Positions 12,903 to 26,089 of a stretch of 64,000 bases of DNA are shown piece after piece. Position 1 is the stretch's first letter. Each line of letters opens with the position of its first letter. The stretch spans positions 11,224,001 through 11,288,000 of the forward strand of contig NC_058383.1 in NCBI RefSeq assembly GCF_018350175.1. Reading direction: 5' to 3'. The translations under genes were made by a program, and so were the position numbers. Below the pieces are notes generated by a model, which was given only the letters and a program-made list of their open reading frames with translations, was not told the origin of the DNA and searched no databases. Origin of the DNA: Felis catus. Taxonomy: Eukaryota.

Positions 12903-13183
12903 AAAAAAAAAATTTTTTTTTTAATGTTTTATCTTAGAGAGGGGCGCCTGGGTGTCGCAGTCGGTTAAGCGTCCGACTTCAGCCAGGTCACGATCTCGCG
13001 GTCCGTGAGTTCGAGCCCCGTGTCGGGCTCTGGGCTGATGGCTCAGAGCCTGGAGCCTGTGTCCGATTCTGTGTCTCCCTCTCTCTCCGCCCCTCCCCCG
13101 TTCATGCTCTGTCTCTCTCTGTCCCAAAAAATAAATAAACGTTGAAAAAAAAATAAAAAAATAATTAAAAAAATGTTTTATCT

Positions 13184-13224
<41 letters not shown>

Positions 13225-13391
13225 TGGGTGGGGGAGGGGCAGAGAGAGAGAGGGAGACACAGAATCTGAAACAGGCTCGAGGCTCTGAGCGGTCAGCACA
13301 GAGCCCGACGCGGGGCTCGAACCCACAAATTGTGAGATCATGACCTGAGCCGAAGTCGGACGCTCAATTGACTGAGCCACCCAGGCGCCCC
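12903..13391. mobile_element. Nested SINEs: young + strand SINEC_Fc (12941-13171) inserted into the tail of a - strand Can-SINE
   Basis: 18-bp TSD AATGTTTTATCTTAGAGA at 12923-12940 and 13172-13189. Confidence 0.95.
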
Positions 13392-13507
13392 TCTACATTT
13401 TTATTTTTTTTTGAAATTTGTCAAAACTCTATGACCTAATACATGATTAGTGTTTATGTGAGTGTGTGTGAAAATTACAGGTATTCTCAATTCGTTGAGT
13501 GCCACAT

Positions 13508-13510
<3 letters not shown>

Positions 13511-13538
<28 letters not shown>
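13511..13538. repeat. (AC)n microsatellite
   Basis: About 14 AC units. Confidence 0.95.
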
Positions 13539-13541
<3 letters not shown>

Positions 13542-13894
13542 TACATGTAGACATCTGATTAAATTTATTCATTGCTCAAATGACATGTGATTGAGAATAT
13601 ATTTGGACTCACTGCATTTTTTTTTGAACTTACTTTCTTCTTCTTTCTGTCTTCTCTATCTTCTATTGGTGACACATGTACACACACATGCGTACCTGCG
13701 TATTCTGAAGGACACCTAAAACTTTGCTGGTTTGGAAGGTTTAGCTTATGTTTCTTTTTCGTTTTGATGGCTACACTTAATTTTCAATGATTTTTAAGAT
13801 TTTCTCTTCATCCTTGATTTTTTTGTGGTTTAATTATCATAGAGCCACATATGAATTTCTCTTAATTTATGTTGTCTGTTCTTGGAATAGATTT

Positions 13895-13929
13895 TTCCTT
13901 TTCCTTTTCTTTTCCTTCTTTCTTTTCCT

Positions 13930-14009
<80 letters not shown>

Positions 14010-14181
14010 TCACAGAGAGCACATGTGAGCCAGGGAGAGGGGCAGAGGGAGAGAGAGAGAGAATCTTAAGCTGCTGCTCAGCGCAGAGCCTGACATGGGG
14101 CTTGATCCCGTGACCCTGGGATCATAACCCGAGCCCCAGTCAAGAGTTGGACGCTCAGCTGACTGAGCCACCGAGGCTCCC
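13895..14181 (-). mobile_element. Can-SINE whose tail expanded into a (TTTC)n microsatellite (about 13930-14011)
   Basis: About 20 TTTC units followed by antisense SINE body. Confidence 0.92.
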
Positions 14182-17100
14182 TGGAGTGTATTTTTGATTC
14201 GAGGTCTCAAATTAGCTCTTGAAAATTCTCGTCAATTGTCCCGTTGCACATTTCTTCTCCACCGTTTCCTCCTTTTCTTTTTCTGGAACTTCTCTGAGAT
14301 GAATGTCGAGGCCTCTCCATCGGTCCTCCAGATTTCTTAACTGCTCCCTTGGGCATTTACTCCCTTTGGCTCTTGGTGCCCCCCATGGTGGTCAGGACAC
14401 CATCAGTAATGGAATGGTTCTGTGAATGGGGCTTCGTGGAAGGTTTCTCTTAGAAAGTGATGTCTGAGTTGAGATCTGAAAGGCGGAAAGATGTCACTTA
14501 GGGGCAAGGGACTGCGGGGTAGTAGGGAACCATCCAAGCGGAGGGAGCAGCATGAGAAGGGGCAGGATACAAGGAGCACTGGAAATTGGAAGCCACCAAA
14601 GGCTTTAGGCCAAGAAAAGACTTGGCCCACGGACAGTTCCTTCTGGCTACTCTGTGGGGGCAGAGGACAGGAGAAGGACAAGGGCAGGAGAGAGGAGACC
14701 GGCCTGGGTGAGGTGGCAGTGGGGACAGAGAGAGAGGACAAAGGGAGACATATTGAGGACCCAAGCCACGTGTGGATGGCACAGGTCAGCGGCTGTTGGG
14801 AAGGGGGGGGGACACAGAGGTTTGGGTCCAAGCCCTTGTCTTGCTTATCCTTTTCCGGGTGAGACCTTCCTGCACGGAACTCACCCGCTCTTTGCCTGAA
14901 CCAACTGGGACTGACTCCTGGGGATGGCAGTCTCCAGTAGGTCAGTTGTCCCGTGGGCCCCAGACCAAGAATCCTATCTCTGCCCAGCACCGGCCTCTCC
15001 TCTGGCCCCCTGGGTGTGTTGAGTCGACCCTTCTGGATGTCTGCCTCGGCTGGGCTGAACACTGTGGTTACACCTCAGTCCTGGGCTTTGGCCCAGCTGC
15101 CCAGGCCTGGCCGCTCGCCTTTTCCGTGTCTCAGGTCCTGCTGTGATCCGCACAGGCTGTCCACGTTAGAATCCCGTGCCAGCACTAGGCTGAGCGGCTC
15201 CCTCCCTGGAGACTCTGTCACAGGGCCACACCTCCTGGTGGCCAGCCTGCCTGAGCCCCATGCCTGGACCTCCTCCCTCCAGGCTGTACAATGAAGCGGT
15301 CCCCGAGCGGCTGGCTTTCTCCTCCGTTCTCTGCTTGGTTGGAGTCACCTCGCAAGCAGGCCCTGAGACAGGGATTCAACTACAAGACGTCTCAGAAGCC
15401 CAGGGAGGGGCATGGAGAAGTGAGACAGGGACAGGAAGGTAGCCAACAGAGGGACATCACCGAGCAAATCACCATGATGGCAGCCGAGGTGAACCCCGCG
15501 GGGGCCTCTCGGAGCTGACCATCCTGTCGAGTGAGGTCGCTGTGCTGTTTAGGTAACAAGTCCCATCTGTCACTGGTGAGTCCCCCCAGTCCCCCCCAGT
15601 AGCGCCTGTCCCGGACCCGCTGGGGCAGAACAGACTCAGAGATAAGACAAGCTCTCAGGAAAGTGCCCCCGATGCTGGCTCCTGGGCCCTGGGATAGGGG
15701 AGCCTGGGGCGCCCTGTCAGCCCAACCCCAGCGGCCCGAGATCCTGTTTCACCAGCTGCAAAGCAAGAACAATGCCACCTGCCTGCCACTTTGTGGAGAG
15801 CATGCTGTGACTTAACACAGGCCGAGGTCCTCCTGCACAAAACTGAGGCAGGTGGGTGGCCCTTCCGCGCTGGGCAAATGCGCCCCAGGTGCGTGGGCAG
15901 CGGACCCAAAACTCGAAGACAGACGCTAATCCCCTTCGCTTTGCCGCTCCCCGCCCCCCCTCCCTCCATCTCCGGCCACTGGTTCCTGCTGATGTGACAT
16001 TCTTGTTCTAAAAACAGACATGTGTCACCTCCAGCAGATTTGCAGTCCCTTCACGGCGGTCCTGTCTGGCACATAAAGGGCCTCTCTGCTTCTCAGCCCG
16101 GCTTCCCGGGGGCCCCGGGGAGAAGGGGGAAGGATCCGGCCCAAGGGAGGCCCGACCACCACCCACCCCGCTGGGAAGGGGGGTGCCTGGAGTCCGAGCT
16201 CCGTCTGTCTTGGAACTCTGGCTGCTGATAGCGCTGAAGGCCGACGCGTCCTTGGGTGGTGGTTTCATTCTGTGCGGCCGCAGCCCCTTGGCTACTTTGG
16301 GTGAACACCCAGGGTGCGCCCGGGAGGTGGGGCTTCCTCTCCAGAGCTGGACGGCTGCACCATCCGATGACCTTGCCCTCCACTCCGTGCCCTCCCTGCT
16401 CTGCCTCCCGGAGGCTGCCTGCTCCAGGACTTGGCAAACCAACCATGAAGCGTGGCCAACAACGGCCCAGCCATTGCTGCCTGGGATCTCAAGGGTGCCC
16501 TGGCGCTTTGGTCATTCCGTTATCCCTAGCGTTCCTTAGCCCTTTGAAGACTGAGGCCACTGAGGTCGCTGAGGTCACCGAGGACTCATCCTGTGGGGTC
16601 AGGGCTCTGGGCCCGGTCCCGGCCGGGGCAGAGCGCGGACCGACAGCTTCCGCTCGTCTGGGGCGTTGGGGCTGGCATTGGTCTCACGGCCTCAGGCCTG
16701 GACCCAGTGGGTCGCCGAGCCCTGGACACCCGTGGGCCCATTTCCACGTGGTCCCCTTCCCTTGTGAGGTACCCCCGACTACAGAGTGCAGCTCCTGCCT
16801 CAGTCTCCCATCTCATGCTGTAGCTCTCCGCTGGGGCTGTTGTTCGTCCCTGAGATCCGGCCAGCTTGGCTGGGCCCCTGGTGCCCCCCTCCTCCTCCAG
16901 CCAGCCCCTGAACCGGAAGTGCCTTTTCTGCGGCCGCTGCCTGTGTCACTGCAGACTCAGTTTCCGTATCGTTAACTGCGGTGACAGCAGCTGCCCTGCA
17001 CGGCCGTCGGAAGGGACGGTGTCACTAACACAGCTGGGCCAGTCCTCACCATAGAGCAGATGGGCAGGGAGAGGGGGCCGTGATCCTTCCTGGTGTTTCT

Positions 17101-17196
17101 AACAGTGCTTCCCACCTCCCTGCCCCCTCCCCGCCTCTGGGAGATTCTGCTGCCGTGACCCGCACCCCACCCCCACCACATTGGGATCCTTGATGT

Positions 17197-17628
17197 CAGT
17201 GCTGCCCAGTAGAACTTTCTGCTGTGAGGGAAATGTTCTATGTCTGTGATGTCCAATATGCCAGCCATCCATCCACGTGTGGCCCATGCCCTCTGAGCAC
17301 TCCGATGGTATGGCCAGTTTAAGAAATTAAAAAACAATTTTTTTAATGTTTATTTATGAGAGAGAGAGGGGGGGCAGAACACGAGCACAGGAGGGACAGA
17401 GACAGAGGGAGACACAGAATCCGAAGCAGGCTCCAGGCTCTGAGCTGTCAGCACAGAGCCTGACGTGGGGCTCGAACTCACGAACCCTAAGATCGTGACC
17501 TGAGCCGGAACTGGATGCTCAATCGACTGAGCCACCCAGGCGCCCCAAGAAGTTTTTAAATTTAATTTCAATCAATTTAAGTATGAACAGCTGCGTGAGG
17601 CTAATGGCTACCGAGTGGAACAGCATAG
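17197..17628 (+). mobile_element. MER3 (hAT-Charlie) DNA transposon split by a - strand Can-SINE (about 17335-17546)
   Basis: CAGTGCTGCCCAGTAGAACTTTCTGC...GGAAATGTTCTAT start and GGCTAATGGCTACC...ACAGCATAG end match recalled MER3 termini. Confidence 0.85.
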
Positions 17629-17764
17629 CCTTACAGAGTTAACCCTGGCCTGTTTCGTTCATTAAACAAATATTTATTGAGAGCCAATTGGCTGTCTTTT
17701 TAGCGCTAGGACTCCAACAGTGGACAAGATGGGCAAGATCCTTGCTGTCATGAAGACAGAAAAG

Positions 17765-17997
17765 TTTTTTTTTGTTGTTGTTTTTTAAATGTTTATTTAG
17801 TTTTTGAGAGAGAGAGAGAGAGAGAGAGAGAACGAGTGGCAGAGGGGCAGAGAGAGAGGAGACCCAGAATCCGAAGCAGGCTCCAGGCTCTGAGCTGTCA
17901 GCACAGAGCCCGACGCGGGGCTTGAACTCACGGACCTGTGAGATCATGACCTGAGCCCAATTCGGACGTTCAATGGACTGAGCCACCCAGGCGCTCC
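17765..17997 (-). mobile_element. Can-SINE
   Basis: Antisense body with (GA)n tract. Confidence 0.92.
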
Positions 17998-18193
17998 TCA
18001 TTTGTTGTTTTATACGGAGAGTAGACATATACGTGTTGTTTTTTGCTTGCTGTCCATACTCGCATGGCTACAGGTGAGGGAAAGAAGAACGCTGGGCATC
18101 TGCCTGCCTCCCGTAGATTTCTGGCAGGCTCTGGCGGCCAGCCGGGCCAGGGGAGCACAATGGCGTGTGCATTCTGTAAAAAGTCTGTTGAGA

Positions 18194-18410
18194 GGGGCGC
18201 CTGGGTGGCGCAGTCGGTTAAGCGTCCGACTTCAGCCAGGTCACGATCTCGCGGTCCGTGAGTTCGAGCCCCGTGTCGGGCTCTGGGCTGATGGCTCAGA
18301 GCCCGGAGCCTGTTTCCGATTCTGTGTCTCCCTCTCTCTCTGCCCCTCCCCCGTTCATGCTCTGTCTCTCTCTGTCCCCCAAAAAATAAACGTTGAAAAA
18401 AAAAGAAAAA
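18194..18410 (+). mobile_element. Young SINEC_Fc
   Basis: 16-bp TSD AAAAAGTCTGTTGAGA at 18178-18193 and 18411-18426. Confidence 0.96.
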
Positions 18411-18799
18411 AAAAAGTCTGTTGAGAAAGCAAGGAATAGAAAGGAACTTGGAGCTTGGAACGGAACTCCCACCCCATCCCAAATAAATTGCATATCAAGG
18501 TGTAAAGAGGGCAGAAGAGAGACTTCAGGAGAGAGCCCGGCGACATAAGAGAAAAGAACAGACACCCCCCTTGCAGCCGGGGCCCGGAGAAGATGAGCAA
18601 AACCAATCAGAAAAGGAAGGTGGGACTCAGCCAGTGCTTTCTCCGTCTGCCTTCCTCTCGCCCTTCCACATCCTCATCATCTCCATCTCCTTTACCTCCA
18701 GCTTCGCCTCCTTCTTCAATGTCCTCCGAGCCGCCGTGGCCAGCATTCCCTCCCTTGTCTCTTCCCCGCCAACTTCATTTTCCCCTCCTCTCCTTCTGG

Positions 18800-19321
18800 T
18801 TTGGGTTATTACTGCTGCATAGCAAGGACCCCCACGTGGAACAGCTTAGCGTAACTATTTTATTTTGCTCGCTCTTTTGTGGGACAGGAATTGGGAAAGG
18901 GCTCAGAGGGCCAGCTCTCACTTGGCCGAGGTCGTGGTGGGCTGGGAACGCAGTCGTCTGGAGGCAGGACGGGGCTGGCCGTCCAAGATGGGGCGCTCGC
19001 TTGGCTGGAGTTGATGCTGACTGCCTGTGGGCTCTCCAGCGTGGCCGTTTCTGGGAGGTTGACTTCTGACCTCGTAGCTAGTTTCTTCCAGGGCGAGCAA
19101 CCCGAGAAAGCTAAGTGGGAGCCGTACAACTTTCTCTGATGAGGCCTTGGAGAGCCTACCACTACCACCATATCGGTGGGAGAGATCGCAAGCCTGCCGA
19201 GATTTAAGGGAGGGCCCCGGACCCCACCTGTCGATGGAGGAGTGACATGGCCACCTTGAGGAAGGCTGTATGGGGTGGGAGAGATCGCCGCGGCCGTCTT
19301 TGGGAAATGCAATCTGTCACA
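18800..19321 (-). mobile_element. MaLR LTR (MLT1G/H-like)
   Basis: TTACTGCTGCATAGCAA start, GGACAGGAATTGGGAAAGGGCTCAG, TCCAAGATGG, CTTTGGGAAATGCAATCTGTCACA end. Confidence 0.7.
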
Positions 19322-19861
19322 CCTTCTGGACCAGCCTGAGGCCTGCCCTAACTCATGTGCACCTGCTACGTCGCAGTTAGGGCACGAGGCAAGGCCGGCC
19401 TCAGGCTGCTTCTTCCTGCTGGCTCTCCCAGCCCCGCACTGCATGTTCGGCCACGTTCCTTGCAGATTTTCCGCTCATTTCGGTTGACGTCGAGGACGGC
19501 CCCCGTTTTTAGCAAGACGAACCCTGCGGAGAGGACTGTCCTTTCCAAGTCAAGATGGTCAGAAAGAGAAAACGCTTAGTAACCCCGTCTAACATTTGTC
19601 ACTTCAGCTGCGGGAGCAACAACGACCACCGCAGCAGAAATGGAGACCTCTTCACCTTCCTCCCCAGGCAACGCAGACCCCACAGAGGGCTGACAAACGT
19701 TGTTTCCCGGAAATGTGGGATTTGAGCAATCGATTCTGACGTGTTCTGGAAGGACGGCTGGTGGACTTTGTTGGGCTTGGACTCCGCTTTCGAATGTCCT
19801 CGCTGGTTCATTCATTTCACCCTGGCTTCGTCAATATGCTCAGTTATTCCCCGTCACTCTT

Positions 19862-20300
19862 TCTTTTTTTTTTTTTTTTTAATTTTTTTTTTCAACGTTT
19901 ATTTATTTTTGGGACAGAGAGAGACAGAGCATGAACGGGGGAGGGGCAGAGAGAGAGAGGGAGACACAGAATCGGAAGCAGGCTCCAGGCTCTGAGCCAT
20001 CAGCCCAGAGCCCGACGCGGGGCTCGAACTCACAGACCGCGAGATCGTGACCTGGCTGGAGTCGGACGCTTAACCGACTGCGCCACCCAGGCGCCCCTAA
20101 CGTTTATTTATTTTTGAGACAGAGAGAGACAGAGCATGAATGGGGGAGGATCAGAGTGAGAGGGAGACACAGAATCAGAAACAGGCTCCAGGCTCTGAGC
20201 CATCAGCCCAGAGCCTGACGCGGGGCTCGAACTCACGGACCGCGAGATCGTGACCTGGCTGGAGTCGGACGCTCAACCGACTGCGCCACCCAGGCGCCCC
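19862..20300 (-). mobile_element. Tandem pair of young SINEC_Fc (about 19862-20097, 20099-20300)
   Basis: Two near-consensus bodies; GTCACTCTT flanks the pair. Confidence 0.95.
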
Positions 20301-20739
20301 ACCCTGTCACTCTTGTCTTCTCCAAGCAGCAGATTCTCCCCCAGCGTCGGGGCTGGAACTGGTCTCTGCTCCCGGTGACCCGGTTGACTTAGGTGTAGGG
20401 CCTAGGAGCCCGTGATCCCCCGAGGGGAGGGGCGGATTGGCCGGTCCATGGACGTGTCTTGTACAGTAGACGTTGGGGTGAGTTCCTGGCACGGCTCCCC
20501 AGCCTGGCCCAGCCCCCTCCTCCAGCCTCCACGATTCCCATTCCTACCCATGTGCCGATGTGAGCGTAGAGATTCGGGGGAACAGGAACATGACCCGTGT
20601 GGCAGGAACGTGGCAGCTGGAGGGCTCCTCTCTGGTGGCGACAGGTGGCAGTGGGGGGTGGGGGGGGGTGCTGGGGGCCCCGACGAACAAGGTAAAGTGT
20701 GTGGATCTTACTGCAAGTAAAATGAATCTGAAGCAAAAG

Positions 20740-21330
20740 AATGACACGATCCGGTTCCCATTTTCCGCAAGATCAGCCTTGCCGGAACTGTGCGGGCAGA
20801 GATGCGGAACGAAGTCTGCTCCTCTGTGCCGGACAGAACGGATGTTGCACAAACGCTGGGAAACCAGGACTAGGTGTGACCTTGCAGGGACCCTGCGACC
20901 CAAAAGCTCCGCTCCTGGTGCGCGTGCTAAAGAAATCCACGCATGGGGCAGAAGGATGTTCGCAGCAACAGCACGGACGACGTTGGTGGCCCCAGAAGGA
21001 CCCAGGCGTCCACCAGCAGGAGAGGGGGCAAAGGTATCCTGGCAAACTCTTCCCAGGGAATGAAAAAGAACGAAGCCGCCCCTACGTGCAGCACCACGTG
21101 CGAATGCTACAAACAAGAGCGAGACCAGAAGTAAGACGGTACGATTCCACGCTTAGGAAGTTGAAAGCAGGCCAGGCGGAATGATACTGTCCAAGAATGG
21201 CTACGTAGATGGCATAGGGGGTGAAATGGTCAAGAAAAGTGAGGAAAAGAGTATCATAAAGACAGGATGGTGATGATGGCCCAGGGGGAGGATGAGGGGG
21301 GTGATTGAGGAGGGGCACAGTGATGGGGAG
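20740..21330 (+). mobile_element. Old L1 (L1ME-like) 3' region, unusually CpG-rich
   Basis: Motif order of an L1 3' end: AAGGATGTTCGCAGCAACA, CCCAGGCGTCCACCAGCAGGAGA, AATGAAAAAGAACGAA, TACGATTCCAC. Confidence 0.6.
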
Positions 21331-21384
21331 GGAGGAAAAAAAAGGCCCGTGCAAGAAGCAAGGCCTTTCCTCCTTTTTCAGTGG

Positions 21385-21610
21385 GCATGGTTGTGTTCAT
21401 GTGTGATGTTTGGAGCAGTGGCAGCCATCTGGTGACCATGAGGACAGCCGTATGGCAGAGAGAAAAGACCGAAAATGCCTGGGTCCCTGATAATCTCATT
21501 AAGCCATGGAAATAACTCAAGAACCCACCCTACTTTGAGCTTCTTGTTAATGGGAATAACAGGCCTTGAATGTTAAGGTCTTCTGAGTTGGCTGTTATGC
21601 TACCGGAAGC
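21385..21610 (+). mobile_element. MaLR LTR fragment (MLT1J/K-like)
   Basis: TGTGATGTTTGGAGCAGTGGCAGCCATCTGGTGACCATGAGG, CCTGGGTCCCTGAT. Confidence 0.65.
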
Positions 21611-23289
21611 AAAAAAAAAAAAAAAAAATCACACCATTAAAGTAGGTGGTTTGACCAGGTCCAGCCCCAGCCTCTGCAGTTTGCCCCTACTTATCCCAGG
21701 CAGTCATGTGACTCTACAGACCACAGGGCTCCGAGGGGAGGTCAAGGTTCTGACCTGCCTCCTCCCTCCGAACAGGATGTCCTTCTCTGTCAGGCTGATG
21801 CCGTTCGGACAGACACGAGGCTGGGGGTTTGTGGCCCACTTTGAAATGCTCTGAAACAGTTTTTTGGGAACTCACGAGGATCTTAATTTTTTTTAAAAGA
21901 TGAAACTACATTAAATTAAGGCAAAATTCCCAGTTAATGTTAAGTACGCTCCAAAAAGAAAAAAAAAAAGAAGCCCCAGAATCCACCCCCGTGCACCGGC
22001 CGGGTAGCCTGCCTGGTTTCTCGGTGGTTCTAGAGGTGACTCCCAGCCATGCCGCCCACAGGGAGGGCTTCTCTGCACAGGCCTTCTGGGCTTCCCAGCG
22101 GGGACAGAGGATGAGGGGGCCGGGAGAGCTAGACTGTCTGACCCTTGTTTGCCGCGTGGATAATGTCCCGGTCTGGACCATGCACTGTGCACACGAGGAG
22201 GCATCCTGTGCAGGGAGCGAGCCCCGAGCAGAGCACAGAGGCCCCCCCCCCCCGGGACCTGGAGGCCCACGCTCCTCCAGCAGCATTTGGAAGGACAGAA
22301 CTCACCGCCCCTTGCCATCCATGGTAGTGACCCCAGGACCACGTGGAGAAATGGATTGTGTTTGGAGGGCTCGAGACACAAGGAAAGGAAGATGTGCACC
22401 TGTCATGGGTCTCCGTGTGCCGGGTACTCTGCCAGCTTCTGGGCGGATGTGATGACCGCCCTTGTTCTTGATGGCGGCCCAGGCTGGTGGGGGTTATAGT
22501 CTTCTGTGGTAGAGAAGAGGCAACTGAGGCTCAGAGAGGTTAAGAGACTTGCTGAAGATCACACAGCCCGTCCTCGGTGGGTTTGGACAGACACCACAAC
22601 CGTCTGATTCCACAGTCTGGCTTCCCCCCCGCCCCCCTGCCCTTCTTCTCTGTAGGTCCAGGTTATTTTTGCTTTTGCATTTTAACAAAAATGGAATTAT
22701 ACAGCCTTCCACGCGGAGAGGCGGGATGAATAGAGATCTCTGTGGAACCAGGAATTTGAATCTCAGTAGTAAAGGAAAAAAGCCACAGTCGGGAGATGGG
22801 GCCAAAAGGAACCGGCCGCCTCCAAGTTCAATACCCTGGAGCTCTTTGACGGGAGCCCCTTCCAGCCCCAGATCTGCCATCTGGCCTTCGTTCCTTGGAT
22901 GGCGACCAAGCCCTGAGCAGAGACTTGAGCCTCACCTTGAGTCGCAGTAGCCTTGAGGGTCTGAGCGTGTTGGACTCCCTCCCTGCGGGTGTTAGCAGGA
23001 AGAGAGATTCTTCTCCGGCCCAGCTCTGGGTCACATAGCGCCCTGCACTCCCTTGCTATAAAAATGAAAACACTCAACACTGGCAGCAGTGAGATTAGAC
23101 AGGACTTCATACATTGCTCACAGGACTACAAATTGGTTTCGACTCTCTGGGAAGCCATCTAACCTCGTGGATCTATAACCAAAAGATATTCATAGCTTAT
23201 TTCCTGGAATTACTATGAATTCCAGGAACGAAGCAGAAATGCAGACAAAAATTCAGGGATAAAAATGTCCTATTTATTTATTTATGTAT

Positions 23290-25870
23290 TCATTCATTCA
23301 ACTTATTTAAGCTAAAACATCAACCATTCACTGATTTCTCGTATTCGTCTCGCCATCCCCCCCACCCCCGGTCTCTGGCAATCACCAGTCTCTTCTCTGT
23401 ATCTATGAGTTTTTTGTTTTTTGTTTTTAAGATTCTACATATAAGAAAGATCATGTGACATATGTCTTTATTTTTAAAAAATCTTTTAAATATTTATTTT
23501 TGAGAGAGAGACAGAGCATGAGTGGGGGAGAGACACAGAGAGAAAGACACAGAATCGGAAGAAGGCTCCAGGCTCCGAGCTGTCAACACAGAGCCTGACG
23601 CGGGGCTTGAACTCACAGACCGTGAGGTCATGACCTGAGCCGAAGTCGGATGCTTAACCGACTGAGCCACCCAGGCACCCCATGTCTTTATTTTATCTAG
23701 AAAGTCTTCACCAAACTCAAGGTCACTTAGATTTTCTCTTATGCTATCTATCTTCTAGAAGTTTTATAGTTTCACCTTTTATATTTATGTCAATGAGCCA
23801 TTTTGAGTTAATTTTTTTGAAAGATGCAAGGTCTGTGTCGAAATTAATTTTTTTTTTTTTTTTGGCCTGTGCATGTTCAGTCGTTCTAGCGCCTCTTGTC
23901 AAAAAAAACTATACTTTTTCCATTAAATTGCCTTTGATTCTTTGTCATAGATTAGTTGACTATATATTGGGTAGGTCTGTTTCTGGGTGTTCTTTTCCAT
24001 TCTGTGGATCTAATCATCTATTCTTTTATCGATAGCATACTGTGACTTGATTACTTTGGCTCTAGTAAACTAATTACTTACTTATTTACCTACTTTATTA
24101 AGACTTGAAGTCGTTCAACTTTGTTTTTCCCCTTCAACATTCTGTTGGCTTTTCTGGGTCATTTGCTTTTCTATATCAACTTTGAAATCGATTTCTTGAT
24201 TTCTACAAAAGAACTCACCAGAATTCTGATGGGTATTTCATTGAATCTGTAAGTTAATTTGGAAAGAACTGACATCTTGGGAATGTTGAATCTTCCTATT
24301 CATGAACATGTGATGTCTCTTCATTTATTTAGATCTTCTTCGATTTCTTTCATTAGAGTTTTGTGGTTTTACTATTAACAGATCTCGTATGTATTTTGCT
24401 GGATTTATACCTAGGGACCTCTATCACGGTACTAATGTAAATAGTATTGTTTTCAATTTCAGCTAAAATAATTTGAGTTCCATCGGTCATTGCTGCTTTG
24501 AAAACAACCAATTGAGTTTTGTATATTAACTTTGTATTCTGCACATTTGCTATAGTAGCTTATTAGTTCCAGAAGGTTTTTGTTGATTCTTTGAGATTTT
24601 CTACATAGACAATCAATGTCATCTGTGAATGAAGACAGCTTTATTTCTTCCTTCACAACTTATTTTTTATTTCCTTTTTGTGTCTTATTGCATTAGCTAC
24701 ACCTTTCAGTACAATGTTGGATAAGAGTGGCGACAGCAGACATTTTTGCCTTGTTCCTGATCTTAGTGGGAAATCATCTACTTTCTTACCATTGATATGG
24801 TGGTAGCTGTAGGTTTTTTGGTAGATGTCCTTTGTTGAGTTGATGCAGTTCTCCCTATTTCTAGTTTGCTGAGGGTTTTATCATGAATGGATGTTGGATT
24901 TTGTCAAGCGCTTTTTTTTTGCATCTATTGATATGATCATATGATTTTTCTTCTTCCACCTGTTAATGTGATGGATTATAGTAATTGATTTTCAAAGGTA
25001 GAACCAGCTTTGCAGACTGGGGATAAATTACTCTTGGTCATGATGTCTGACTTTTTTTTATATGTTGTTGGAGTTGTGTTGCTAATATTTTGTTGAGCAT
25101 TTTTGCATTTATGTTTAATACTTGGTCTGTAGCTTTTCTCTTTTGTGATGTCTTTGCCTGATTTTTGGTATTAGGGTACTGTTGGCCTGTATAAGGATAT
25201 TGAATTCATCAGTGAGCCCTTCTGGATCTTGTGCTTCCTGTTTTGGAAGGTTAATTATTGATTCAATTTATGTAATAGATACAGGCCTATTCAGAATACC
25301 TGTTTCTCCTTGTGTGAGTTTGTTAAGTTGTGTCTTTCAAGGCATTGGTCCATTTCATCTAAGTTATTAGATTTGTGGGCATCGATCTGTTCCTAAGATC
25401 TTTTTATTATCCTTTTACTGCCTATTGGATCAGTAGTGATGGCTCCTTTTCCATTTCTGATGTTAGTAATTTGTGCTTCTGTCTTTTTCATTCAGCTAAC
25501 TTGGCTAGGGGTTTGTAAGTTTTATTGATCATTTCAAAGAACCAACTTTTGGTTTTATTGACTTTCTCTGTTGATTCCTTATTTTCAATTTCATAGGGTT
25601 CTGCCGTCATTTTTTAGGTTTCTTCTCTTCTGCTTTCTTTGAGTTTAATTTCTTCTTTTTCTAGTTTCCTAAAGTGAAAGTGTAGATTATTGATTTTAGA
25701 TTTTCCTTCTTTTCTAATATATGCATTCAAGGCTATAAATTCCCTTCTAAGCACTGCTTTTGCTGAATCCTAAACGTTTTTACAGTTTTATCTTTATTTT
25801 CATTTGGTTCCCAATACTTAAAAATTCCTTTTGAGGCTTCCTTTTTGACTTATGTGTTATTTGGAGGCCA
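23290..25870 (-). mobile_element. Degenerate L1 (L1MA/MB/MC type): 3' UTR piece, Can-SINE at about 23470-23681, then about 2.2 kb of ORF2 including the RT region
   Basis: ORF 24459..24656 reads KEEIKLSSFTDDI...LLELISYYSKCAEYKVNIQNS, matching L1 ORF2 RT KEEVKLSLFADDM...LLELINEFSKVAGYKINIQKS; SINE TSD ATGTCTTTATTTT. Confidence 0.93.
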
Positions 25871-26089
25871 AATTCTTGTCCTGAAGAAACTATGTTTATT
25901 ATTGGTACAGCCTCCAGGTTTGGGGGTAACTTTGTTACACAGTAGTACGTGAGTAATTTACAGGCCAATGCAAACTTCTTGCTCAGGATAAGAGTACGAG
26001 AGAGAGAGAGAGAGATGCAGGGAGACAGTGCATCGAAAGGGAAAACTTTGCCCCTGCGTAAGCATCCGACTGCAGGCTGGACCTCTTTG

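Noticed and set aside
14403..16975. 219-aa and 239-aa ORFs
   Set aside because: No domain similarity or splice support; consistent with GC-rich chance ORFs and repeat remnants.
18590..18800. Acidic/Gly-rich peptide on the - strand
   Set aside because: Low-complexity purine-rich DNA next to an LTR, with no splice or start support.
23682..25870. Active reverse transcriptase
   Set aside because: The L1 ORF2 is truncated and full of stops and frameshifts.
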